From an uncultured Acidobacteriota bacterium (GTDB lineage Bacteria > Acidobacteriota > Thermoanaerobaculia > Multivoradales > SZUA-115): a stretch of DNA of 64,000 bases. Shown here piece by piece: positions 1 through 11,500 of this stretch. The notes below the pieces were generated by a model. That model was not told the DNA's origin and searched no databases. It saw nothing but the letters and a program-made list of their open reading frames with translations. Position 1 is the first letter of the stretch. Every line of letters begins with the position of its first letter. The position numbers and the translations under genes are program-made. Location of the stretch: NCBI GenBank assembly GCA_963805975.1, contig CAWDVR010000005.1, forward strand, positions 256,001 through 320,000, written 5' to 3'.

Positions 1-3000
1 GTCCATGCGGGCCACGGCCGAGCGATGGGTGAGCGCCACTCCCTTGGGCCGGCCGGTCGAGCCGGAGGTGTAGATGACGTAGGCGAGCTGCTCCGGCCGT
101 ACGTGCGCCGCCGGCATAGCGCCTTCCTCGGAGGGCAACGCGGCTGAGAGGAGCTGGTAGGCGCCGCTCGGCAGCCTGGCCTCGTGGTGCTCCTCGGTCA
201 GGACGGCGGCCAGGCCCGAGTCCTCCACCAGTAGAGCGAGGCGCTCGGCCGGGTAGGCCGGGTCCAGAGGGACGTAGGCGGCGCCGGCCCGCAGCACGCC
301 GAGGAGCGCCGCGGGAAGCTCCGGGCGGCGGTCGAGCATCACGCCCACGCGGGCCTCGGGCGCGAGATCGAGGGCCCGGAGCCGCCCAGCCCAGGCGCCG
401 GCGCGGGTATCGAGGTGGGCGTAGCTCCACTGCTCGCCGCTGCCCGAGATCGCGATGCGCTCGGGCACCAACGCGGCCTGGCGCTCGAAGAGCTGGTGGA
501 GGCAGAGGTCGGTGCTCGCGAGGCCGTCGCCCTGGGCCCACTCGGCGAGGAGCTGGTGGCGTTCGGGCGGGGCGAGGAGCGGGAGCGAGTCGAGGCTGGC
601 GCCGGGAGACTCTACGGCAGCGGCGAGCCAGCTCTGCCAGTGGCCCCAGAGGCGGGCGACGGTGGAGGCGTCGAAGAGGTCCGCGCTCCTCTCCACCCAG
701 CCGCGCACGTGGCCGTCCTCCTCGACCAGGCTCCACAGCAGGTCGAGCTTGGCGGCGCCGTTGGAAAGCTCCAGCCGCTCGGTTTCGAGGCCGGGGACCT
801 GCCAGCGGCTGGCGTTCTGGAGCGCGAACATCGTCTGCACCAGGGGGTTGCGAGACAGGTCGCGCTCCGGCGCGAGGGCCTCGACCAGGTGCTCGAAGGC
901 GAGGTCCTGGCGGCCGTAGGCGGCGAGGGCTTCCTCGCGCACCCGCCCGAGCAGCGCCTCGAAGCTCTCGTCACCCCGCACCTCGGCGCGGAGCACCAGG
1001 GTGTTGACGAAGAAACCGATCAGCCCCTCGGTCTCGGCCCGGCCGCGGTTGGCGATCGGCGTGCCGAGGAGAAAACTTCCCTTGCCGGCATGGCGGGCCA
1101 GCACGGCCTCGAAGCCGGCGAGGAGCACCATAAAGAGGGTGGCGCCTTGGGCTCGGCCCAGGCGGCGGAGCTGGCCCACCAGCTCGTCCGAGAGAGCGAA
1201 GGCGGTCTGCTCTCCGCGGTGGGTACCGGAGAGCGGCCGGGGCCGGTCGGCCGGCAGCTCGAGCACGTCCGGCCAGCCCTGGAGGCGCTCTCTCCAGAAG
1301 GCGAGCAGGTCCGCGTGCCAGTCTCCGGCGAAGACTTGTCGCTGCCACACCGCGAAGTCGCCGTACTGGATGGGCAGCTCGGGAAGGGCTTGCTGATCGC
1401 CGCCGTAGATCTCCGCCACCTCGCGCAGCAAAACCTCGACCGACCATCCGTCGCTCGCGATGTGGTGCATCGCGACGACGAGCAGATGCTCCTGCTCTCC
1501 CGACTGCACCAGCCGCACGCGGAGCAGCGGCCCGTGTTGGAGGTCGAAGGGCAACCGCGCCTTGCGCTCGGCGAGCGAGCGGGCGATCTCTCGCCCCTCC
1601 CGCATTGACGCGAGATCGATCAGTGCCAGGTCCGGCCCGCCGGAGGCCAGCACCTGCGCGGGCCTGCCGGCGTGCTCGCGGAACACGGAGCGCAAGGCCT
1701 CGTGGCGTCCGGCCACGTGATGGAACGCCTCGAGCAGGGCGCGGCGGTCGAGGGCACCTGCGAGCCACAGTCCACCGACCACGTTGTAGGCCGCGCTCCC
1801 CGGCTGGAGCTGGTCGAGGAACCACAGCCGCTCCTGCGCGAAGGAGAGCGGCAGCGGCTCGTTGCGCGCGGCACGCTCGATGGACGGCAACCCCTGGCCG
1901 AGCTTTCCGCGCTCTTCCTCCACGAAGGCCGCGAGCCCGGCCACGGTGGGCCGCTCGAAGAGCGTGCGGAGCGGCAGCTCCACCCCCAGGAGCCTTCGGA
2001 GCCGGCTGGCGACGCGGGTGGCGAGGAGGGAGTGCCCGCCGAGGGCGAAGAAGTCGTCGAAGGCGCCGACGCTGTCGGCCCCCAGCACCTCTTCCCAGGC
2101 CCCGGCGATCAGCTCTTCGAGCGGTGTGCGGGGCGCCACACGCTCGCCTCCGGCCTCGCCCCACGCGGGCTCGGCCCAGGCAGGCTCAGGCAGTGCACGC
2201 CGGTCCACCTTGCCGCTCGGCGTCAGCGGCAAGGCCGCCAGCACCACGAAGCGCGACGGCACCATGGGCTCGGGCAGCCGCCGGCGCAGGTCGGCGGCCA
2301 CGGCCTCGGCGTCGCCGGAGATTGCATCGAGCACCAGATAGGCGGCGAGCGCCGGCCCGGCGGGGCCCGTGCGGAGCGCCACCGCGGCCTCGCGCACGCC
2401 GGGGGTGGCAAGGAGCGCGGACTCGATCTCGCCCAGCTCGATGCGGAAGCCGCGGAGCTTGACCTGGAAGTCGAGGCGCCCCAGGTACTCGATCTCGCCG
2501 GAGGGGAGCGCGCGCGCCAGGTCGCCGGTACGGTACAGGCGCGCACCGGGCTCGCCGCTCACGCCATCGGGCACCCAGCGGTCGGCGGTGAGCCCCGGCC
2601 GGCGGAGGTAGCCGCGGCCGAGCCCCACGCCGCCGATCAGCAGCTCTCCCGGCACGCCGGCCGGCAGCGCCCTGCCGCGGCGATCGAGGATGCGGATCGC
2701 GAGATTGGCGATGGGCCGGCCGATGGGCACCGGGCCTTCCTCGCCGGGCGGGCAGGGGCGGTAGGTGACGTCCACCGCCGCCTCGGTGGGGCCGTAGAGG
2801 TTGTGGAGGCCGACGGCGCGCCCCCCGCCCCCACCCTCGCCACGAGCGGGAGGGAGGGTCTCGGGCTGCGGTGCTCGAGCTCCCTGGCGGGCGGCCTGCG
2901 CTCCTCGCCCGAGACCCTCCCTCCCGCTCGTGGCGGCCCCCACCTGGCTGCCTCGGCCTTCCGGATCGCGAGCGGAAGGAGAGCCCAGCCCACTGTGGAA

Positions 3001-5571
3001 GCGGCGCACCAGCTCGCGCGGCAGGGCCTCGCCGCTCGCCATGACGCGGCTGAGAGAGCCGAGGCGGCCCGGCTGCAGCTCGTCGACGAAGGCGGCGAGC
3101 ATCGAGGGCACGAAATGGAGCGTGGTGATCCGCTCGCGCTCGATGAGGTCCGCCAGGTAGCGCGGGTCGCCCTGGCCGCCGGGGCGCGCCAGCACCAGCC
3201 GCGCGCCCACCGCCAGCGGCCAGAAGAACTCCCAGACCGAGACGTCGAAGCTCGCCGGGGTCTTCTGGAGCACGCGGTCGTGCGCGCCGAGGCCGTACTC
3301 CTCCTGCATCCACAGCAGACGGTTGACGATGCCGCGGTGCGAGTTCATCGCTCCCTTGGGCCGGCCGGTCGAGCCCGAGGTGTAGATCACGTAGGCGAGG
3401 CCCTCGGGCGTCACTGCCTCCACGTGCGGGGCCGGGGCCGCCGGCTCGTCTTCGAGGCCCTGGCCGTCGGGGAGGAGCGGTACGAGCGGTGCCGCCGTCG
3501 CGAGGCCGAGGCTGGCCCAGAGATCGGGAGGCGAGAGCACGGCGGTGACGCCGGCGTCCGCCAGCATGTGCTCCAGCCGCTCGGCGGGGTAGGCGGGGTC
3601 GAGGGGAACGTAGGCGCCGCCCGCCTTTTCCACCGCGTAGAGCGCTACCACCAGCTCGAGCGAGCGCTCGGCCGCCACCGCCACCCGCGCCTCGGGCCCC
3701 ACGCCGAGCCGGCGCAGGCGCCTAGCCAGCCGACTGGCCCAGGCGTCGAGGGCGACGTAGGAGAGGGCGCGGTCCTCGAAGGAGATCGCGATGCGCTCGG
3801 GCACCAACGCGGCCTGGCGCTCGAAGAGGTGGTGGAGGCAGAGGTCGGTGCTCGCGAGGCCGTCGCCCTGGGCCCACTCGGCGAGGAGCTGGTGGCGTTC
3901 GGGCGGGGCGAGGAGCGGGAGCGAGTCGAGCCTGGCGCCGGGAGACTCCACGGCAGCGGTGAGCCAGCTCTGCCAGTGGCCCCAGAGCCGGGCGACGGTG
4001 GAGGCGTCGAAGAGGTCCGCGCTCCTCTCGACCCAGCCGCGCACGTGGCCGTCCTCCTCGACCAGGCTCCACAGCAGGTCGAGCTTGGCGGCGCCGTTCG
4101 AGAGATCGAGGCGCTCGGTTTCGAGGCCGGGGACCTGCCAGCGGCTGGCGTTCTGGAGCGCGAACATCGTCTGCACCAGGGGGTTGCGAGACAGGTCGCG
4201 CTCCGGCGCGAGGGCCTCGACCAGGTGCTCGAAGGCGAGGTCCTGGCGGCCGTAGGCGGCGAGGGCTTCCTCGCGCACCCGCCCGAGCAGCGCCTCGAAG
4301 CTCTCGTCACCCCGCACCTCGGCGCGGAGCACCAGGGTGTTGACGAAGAAACCGATCAGCCCCTCGGTCTCGGCCCGGCCGCGGTTGGCGATCGGCGTGC
4401 CGAGGAGAAAACTTCCCTTGCCGGCATGGCGGGCCAGCACGGCCTCGAAGCCGGCGAGGAGCACCATAAAGAGGGTGGCGCCTTGGGCTCGGCCCAGGCG
4501 GCGGAGCTGGCCCACCAGCTCGTCCGAGAGAGCGAAGGCGGTCTGCTCTCCGCGGTGGGTGCCGGCCAAAGGCCGGGGCCGGTCGGCCGGCAGCTCGAGC
4601 ACGTCCGGCCAGCCCTGGAGGCGCTCTCTCCAGAAGGCGAGCAGGTCCGCGTGCCAGTCTCCGGCGAAGACTTGTCGCTGCCACACCGCGAAGTCGCCGT
4701 ACTGGATGGGCAGCTCGGGAAGGGCTTGCTGATCGCCGCCGTAGATCTCCGCCACCTCGCGCAGCAAAACCTCGACCGACCATCCGTCGCTCGCGATGTG
4801 GTGCATCCCGACGACGAGCAGATGCTCCTGCTCTCCCGACTGCACCAGCCGCACGCGGAGCAGCGGCCCGTGCTGGAGATCGAAGGGTAGCCGCGCCTCG
4901 CGCTCGGCGAGAGCGCGGGCGATCTCTCGCCCCTCCCGCATCGACGCGAGATCGATCAGCGCCAGGTCCGGCCCGCCGGAGGCCAGCACCTGCACGGGCC
5001 TGCCGGCTTCCTCGCGGAACACCGAGCGCAAGGCCTCGTGGCGGTCGGCCACCTGGCGGAACGCCTCGAGCAGGGCGCGGCAGTCGAGGGCACCTGCGAG
5101 CCACAGTCCACCGACCACGTTGTAGGCCGCGCTCCCCGGCTGGAGCTGGTCGAGGAACCACAGCCGCTCCTGCGCGAAGGAGAGCGGCAGCGGCTGGTCT
5201 CGCGCGGCACGCTCGATGGACGGCAACCCCTGGCCGAGCTTTCCGCGCTCTTCCTCCACGAAGGCCGCGAGCCCGGCCACGGTGGGCCGCTCGAAGAGCG
5301 TGCGGAGCGGCAGCTCCACCCCCAGGAGCCTTCGGAGCCGGCTGGCGACGCGGGTGGCGAGGAGAGAGTGGCCGCCGAGGGCGAAGAAGTCGTCGAAGGC
5401 GCCGACGCTGTCGGCCCCCAGCACCTCTTCCCAGGCCCCGGCGATCAGCTCTTCGAGCGGTGTGCGGGGCGCCACACGCTCGCCGCCGGCCTCGCCCCAC
5501 GCGGGCTCGGCCCAGGCAGGCTCAGGCAGTGCACGCCGGTCCACCTTGCCGCTCGGCGTCAGCGGCAGGGC
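1..5571 (-). CDS. NRPS, downstream part (end of A2, T-C-A(Ser)-T-C-A...), continues off the left edge
   Basis: One minus frame has no listed stop-terminated ORF between ~5570 and 1. It reads LTPSGKVDR, FFALGGHSL (T), MHHIASDGWS (C), QKTPASFDVSVWEFFWPL and LHNLYGPTEAAVDVT (A, code DVWHMSLVDK = Ser-type), a second T-C, and YTSGSTGRPKG at 40-80. It joins the upstream ORF across a 1-nt extra base near 5572. Confidence 0.92.
446..2253. repeat. Copy 1 of ~1.8 kb near-identical NRPS segment (A-end, T, C, A-start)
   Basis: Matches 3782-5590 at an offset of 3336 bp. The shadow ORFs 971..2164 and 4307..5500 are nearly identical. Confidence 0.95.
2838..2935. repeat. Perfect 29-bp inverted repeat inside the Ser A domain (in-frame palindromic insert)
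   Basis: CGCCACGAGCGGGAGGGAGGGTCTCGGGC (2838-2866) is the exact reverse complement of 2907-2935, with a 40-nt spacer. Confidence 0.95.
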
Positions 5572-5590
5572 ACGCCAGCACCACGAAGCG
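3782..5590. repeat. Copy 2 of ~1.8 kb near-identical NRPS segment
   Basis: Matches 446-2253 with scattered substitutions. Confidence 0.95.
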
Positions 5591-8500
5591 TGACGGCACC
5601 ATGTAGGATGGCAAGCGCGCCGCGAGCGCGTCTCGCAGCGTCTCCGCCGCGTCGGCCTGGGCCACGCTCTCGTGCAGCACCACGTACGCGACGAGAGCCT
5701 TGCCGCCGCCGGGCGCGTCACGGGCCAGGACCGCCGCCTGGGCCACGGCCGGCAGCGCGGCGAGCGCCGCCTCGATCTCGCCGGGCTCGATGCGGAAGCC
5801 GCGCACCTTGACCTGCGTGTCGATGCGGCCCAGGAAGTCGATCTCGCCGGCTGCGGCCCAGCGCACCAAGTCGCCCGAGCGGTAGAGGCGCGCGCCGGGC
5901 TCGGCGCCCCGCGGGTCGGGCACGAAGCTTTGTGCGGTCAGTGCCGGGCGCCCGAGGTAGCCGCGCGCGAGGCCGGCGCCGCCGATCAGCAGCTCGCCCG
6001 GCACGCCGACCGGCAGTGGCGCGAACGAGCGGTCCACCACCAGGAGGGAGAGCCCGGCGATCGGACGGCCGATCGAAGGCGCCTTGGATACGGCCGCGGC
6101 CGGACGCGGTGCCACTTCGCCCGCGGTGGTCACCACCGTGACCTCGGTGGGCCCGTAGTGGTTGAGGAGGCGGAAGGGGAGCGCTGCGGCGGGCGCGGCT
6201 TGCAGGCGGTCGCCGCCGGTGAGAAGGGCTCGGAGCACCGTCTCCGAGGGCCAGTGCCGCGCGGCCAGGAGCTCGGCCACGGGCGTGGGCTGGAAGCTCA
6301 GGGTGATGCGGCGCTCGACGAGCCAGGGGGCGAGCCGCGCCGGGTCGGCCCGCACGTCCTCGTCCGGGATCTCGAGCCTGGAGCCCGCGGCGAGGGCCGG
6401 AAAGACCTCCCACACCGAGGCGTCGAAGGCCGGGCTCGCCACCAGCGAGGTGCGGTCCTCGGCAGTCAGGCCATAGGTCGCGAGGTGCCAGGCCACCAGG
6501 TTGGCGAGGCCGCGGTGGCGGACCTCGACGCCCTTGGGCCTGCCCGTCGAGCCCGAGGTGTAGATCACGTAGGCGCGGGCGTCGGCGGAGAAGGAGCCCC
6601 TCACCCCGTTCCTCACCCCGCCCATCTCGAAGCTCTCTTCCCGGTCCCCTCTCCCCGCCTGCGGGGAGAGGGTTAGGGTGAGGGGCTCCAGCGTGAGCAC
6701 CAGTACGGCCGGGCTCCAGCCGGCCGGCTGGCCCTGCCCGGTGAGGAGCACGGCGGCCCCGGCGTCCTGCACCACGGCGGCCAGCCGCTCGGGGGGATGG
6801 CCGGGGTCGAGCGGCAGGAAGCTGGCGCCCGCTTCGAGCGCCGCCAGCATACCCACCACCAGCTCGGCCGAGCGCGGTGCGAGGAGCGCCACCACGCCCT
6901 CCGGTCTCCACGCCGAGCGCCGCGAGCCGCGCTGCGAGCAGCCCACGCCCGGCCCAGCAGCGCGCCGTAGCTCAGGTGCTCGCCGCCGGAGACCACAGCC
7001 ACGCGCTCCGGCACCTCGGCGCCGGCTCGCCAATGAGCCCTGTCGTCCTGAGCGCAGCGAAGGACCTGGGCGGGTGCTTTCGGGCTGTGGCGGGAGATCT
7101 GGCTGACCAGGATACGGTCGAAAGGCTGTACCTCTCCTGCGCCCCCACTCATGGCCGAGCTGATGGGCCTCGGCCGCGGAGAGGAGCGGCAGCGTGGAGA
7201 GCGGGCGCTCCGGCTCGCGGGCCACGGCGTCGAGCAGGCGGATGAGCTGCGCCGCCAGGCGCTCGGCACTGGTGCGGTCGAAGAGATCGCTCGCATACTC
7301 GAGGTCGGCCCAAAGCCCTCCCGGCGCAGCGGTCGCGCCGCCGTCTCCCAGGTCCAGGAAGGAAAGGGCCAGATCGAGCTTCGCGGTGCCGGAGTGCATG
7401 GGCAGCGGCTCGACCGCGAGGCCGGGGAGGGCCATCGCGAGCGGCTGCGCCTGCCAGGCGAGGGCGACCTGGAAGAGCGGTGCGTGGCCGCCGCCGCGGC
7501 CGGGGTTCAGGGCCTCGACCAGGTGCTCGAACGGGATCTCGTGCGCCTGGGCCTCGAGCACGGTCGCGCGGCAGCGGGCGAGGAGCGCCCGAAAGCCGGG
7601 ATCACCGGCGAGGTCCACGCGCAGCACGAGGTTGCCGACGAAGAAGCCGATCAGCCCTTCGAGCGCGGGGTCCGGCCGCTGGGCCACGGGCGCGCCCAGC
7701 ACCAGGTCCCGCTGGCCGGTGACGCGATGGAGGAGCGTGGCGAAGCCGGCGAGCACAGTCATGAAGGGTGTCGAGCCCGCTTCCGAGCCCACGGTCGCGA
7801 GCCGCGCGCGGAGCTCCGCCGGCAGGCGGAAGCGCACCTGGCCGCCGGCCAGGCTGGGCACGGCCGGCCGCGGCCGATCGAGGGGCAGCTCCAGCTTCTC
7901 GGGCGCTCCCGCCAGCCGCTCGCGCCAGAAGGCGAGGCCGGCCGCCAGCGCCTCGCCCGCAATCTGCCGGCGCTGCCAGGCGGCGTAGTCCGCGTACTGC
8001 ACGGGGAGCGGCGGCAGCTCCGCCGCCTCGCCCGCGAGCCGCGCGCGGTAGAGCGCGCCGAGCTCGGCCAGCAGCACGCCGATCGACCAGCCGTCGGCGA
8101 CGATGTGATGGAGGGCCAGGAGGAGGAAATGCTCGCCTTCACCCAGCCGGAGCGCCGCGGCACGGAAGAGCGGCCCGCGCTCGAGGTCGAAGGGCCGCGC
8201 GGCCTCGCTTCGGCCGAGCTTCTGGGCTGCGGCCTCGCGGGCGGGAGCGCCGAGCCCGGCCAGGTCCACCACGGGCAGGCGCGCGGGCGAGGGAGGGGCG
8301 ATCGAGAGCACGGGCGCGCCGTCGCCTGCCGCGAAGCTCGCCCGCAGGCCCTCGTGCCGCGCCGCGATCGCCGCCAGGGCTTCGGCAAGGGCGGCAATGT
8401 CCAGGCGCCCCCTGAGCCGCGCCGCCACCGGCATGTTGTAGGCGGCGGTGCCCGGCTGCCACTGCTCGAGGAACCACAGCCGTTCCTGGCCGGCCGACAG

Positions 8501-11500
8501 GGGCAGCGCCCCCCGGTCGGCGAGCGGCCGCACGGGCGCCGTCGCGGTGCGGCCGTGGCGGGCGAGCGCCGCCTCCAGCGTCTCCGCCAGCCCGGCCACG
8601 GTCGGCCGCTCGAAGAGCGCGCGCACGGGCAGCTCGACGCCGAAGGCGTGGCGCAGGCGGGAGATCACCTGGGTGGCGAGGATCGAGTGGCCACCGAGCT
8701 CGAAGAAGGACTGGTGGCGCCCCACCTCAGCCAAGCCCAGAAGATCGGCCCACGCCGCGGCCACCGCCTCCTCGACCGAGCCGCGCGGCGGCTCGTGGGC
8801 GCCGCCGCCGGCCTCGCCCTCCGGTTGTGGCGCGGGAAGGCGCGCCAGGGCGCGGCGGTCCACCTTGCCGTTGGGGGTCAGCGGCAGCGCGGCGAGCACC
8901 ACGAAGAACGACGGCACCATGGGCTCGGGCAGGCGCTCGCGGAGGGCGTCGCGGAGCTCGGAGCCCCTCACCCCGGCCCTCTCCCCGCTGCCGCGGGGCG
9001 AGGGGGCCGGAGGGGAGCCGGGCTCCGCATCTTCGCGGAGCGAGGAGGCCGGAAGGGAACCAGCTTCGGCGCCGCCCGGTAGCCCTGGGCTCCGGTCCCC
9101 TCTCCCCGCTCGCGGGGAGAGGGTTAGGGTGAGGGGCTCCCTCTCCGCCTCGAGGTAGGCCACCAGGGCAGGGCCGGTCGCCAGGTCCTGGCGCAGCAGC
9201 ACGGTGGCGGCGCGCACGCCGGGCTGCTCCACCAGGCGCGCTTCGATCTCGCCCAGCTCGATGCGGAAGCCGCGCAGCTTGATCTGGTGGTCGATGCGGC
9301 CCAGGAAGTCGATCTCGCCGGAGGGCAGCAGGCGGGCGAGGTCGCCGGTCGCGTACAGGCGCCCGCCGCGGCCTGAGAAGGGGTCGGGCACCCACTTCTC
9401 GGCGGTCAGGGCCGGCCGCCCGAGGTAGCCGCGGGCGAGGCCGTCGCCCGCCAGGCAGAGCTCGGCGGGCACGCCCAGGGGCACGGGTGCGAGGCGCCGG
9501 TCGAGCAGGTAGGCGGCGCTCCCCGAGACCGGCCGGCCGATGGTCACCCGCCGCGCGCCGCGATCGACGGCGGTGAATGTGGAGTAGGTGGTGTCCTCGG
9601 AGGGGCCGTAGAGGTTGAGCAGGCGCTCGACCTGGGGATGGCGGTGGAGGCGCGCGGCGAGCTCGGGCTTCAAGGGCTCGCCGGCCAGGTTGACGGTGCG
9701 CAGGCCGGCCGGCAGCCAGCCCTCGGCCAGGCGCTCGGCCACGGAGGGCACGGTGTTGACCAGGGTGAGGGCCGCCGCTTCGGACAGCTCGGCCACGGCG
9801 AGGCCGTTCTGGGCCCCGATGACGGTGCCGCCCAGGGCCAGGGGCACGAAGAGCTCGAAGACGGAGAGGTCGAAGTTGACGGAGGTGGAGGCGGCGACGC
9901 CGGCGAGCTCGGCCGGGGTGAAGGCCTCGGTCGCCCAGGCGACGAGGGCCACGGCGCTCCGGTGCTCGATGGCGATGCCTTTCGGGCGGCCGGTGGAGCC
10001 GGAGGTGTAGATGAGGTAGGCGAGGTTGGCGGCGGAGATGGTGGACGCGGTGGATGCGGTGGACGCGGCGGTGTCCAAGCTTGTGCCGGAGAGTAAGGCG
10101 GAGGCGTGGCCTGGGGTCGGTTGTTCCTGGCGGGTCCTGTCGCCGCAAGATTCCCCGCTGCGGTCCTCGCTGGCGCTGCGGTCCTCGCGGGGTCCCCCAT
10201 GCGGCGCCACCCGCCATGCAACGGGGGTTGATTCGTCGGAGTGTCCGGTAGAGCCGCCAACTGAGGAAGGAGAGAGGAGACGGAAAGAGGCGGGGGGGAG
10301 CTTCTCGGCGTGCTCGGGCTCCGCGATCACAGTGGTCAGCCCGGAGTCCTCGACTAGGAACGTGAGGCGTTCGGCCGGGTAGTTGGGGTCGAGCGGGACG
10401 TAGGCACCGCCGGCCTTGAGCACTGCCAGGAGGGCCGCCGGCAGGGTGGCGGAGCGCTCGAGGAGGACGCCGACCGGGGTCTCCGGTGCGATGCCCAGAG
10501 AGCGGAGCCGCGCGGCGAGGCGAGAGGCGCGGGCGTCGAGGCCGGCGTAGCTCCACTGCTCTCCGCTCCAGGAGACGGCGATCCGCTCCGGCGTCCGCTG
10601 TGCCTGCGCCTCGATGAGGCCGTGGAGCGTGCCGGCCGAGGGCTCGCGCGCCGTGTCGTTCCATTCGCAGAGGAGCTGGTGGCGGTCGGCGGAGGCCAGG
10701 AGGGCGAGGCTCGCGAGGGGCCGGTCCGGCGCCTCGGCGAGAGCCAGGAGCAGCGCCTCGAGCTGCGCCGCGAAGCGCTCGGCCGTGGCGCGGTCGAAGA
10801 GGTCCGTATTGAAGATCAGGCGGCTCGCCAGGGTCTCGCCGGCCTCGGCCACCATCCAGGCGAGGTCGAACTGGGCCGAGCGCTGCGGCAGCGGCAGGGA
10901 CTCGAGCGTCAAGTCGCCCAGGGCCATCCGGCCGCCCGCCTCGCCGAGGGCGAAGAGGCCGATGCCGGAAGCCTCGTGCCGCGGCGCGCGCTCCAGGGCG
11001 AAGAGCACGTCGAAGAGCGGCGAGCGGCTGGGGTCGCGCACCGGCGCCAGTCGCTCGGCGAGCCACGGGAAGGGCGCGTCCTGGTGGGCGAAGGCGGTGG
11101 CGGCGCGGGTGCGCACCCGCTCGATCCACTCGCCGGCGGTGGGGTTCCCGCCCAGGTCGGCGGCGAGCACCACGGGGTTGACGAAATAGCCCACCGCGCC
11201 CGCGAGGTCGGCGCTGGCGCGGCCCGAGGTCGGCACGCCCACGGCCAGCTCGCGCTGGCCGCTCCAGCGGCCGAGGAGCGCCTGGAGCGCGGCGGCGAGC
11301 GACACGAAGAGGGTGGTGCCGCGCTCGCGGGCGAGGGCCTGGAGCCTGGCCGCGAGCGGCGCCGCGAGAGCGCGCGAGACGGCCGCGCCGCGGAAGCTCT
11401 GGGCCGGCGGCCGCGGCCGGTCGGTGGGGAGCGCCAGCGGCTCGCGCTCGCCGCCCAGCTCCCGGCGCCAGTGCTCCCACAGCTCCGCGCCGCGCGCTCC

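Noticed and set aside
5560-5580. Programmed ribosomal frameshift splitting the NRPS
   Set aside because: No slippery heptamer seen; the paralogous copy at ~2235 lacks the extra base; nearby indels point to sequencing error.
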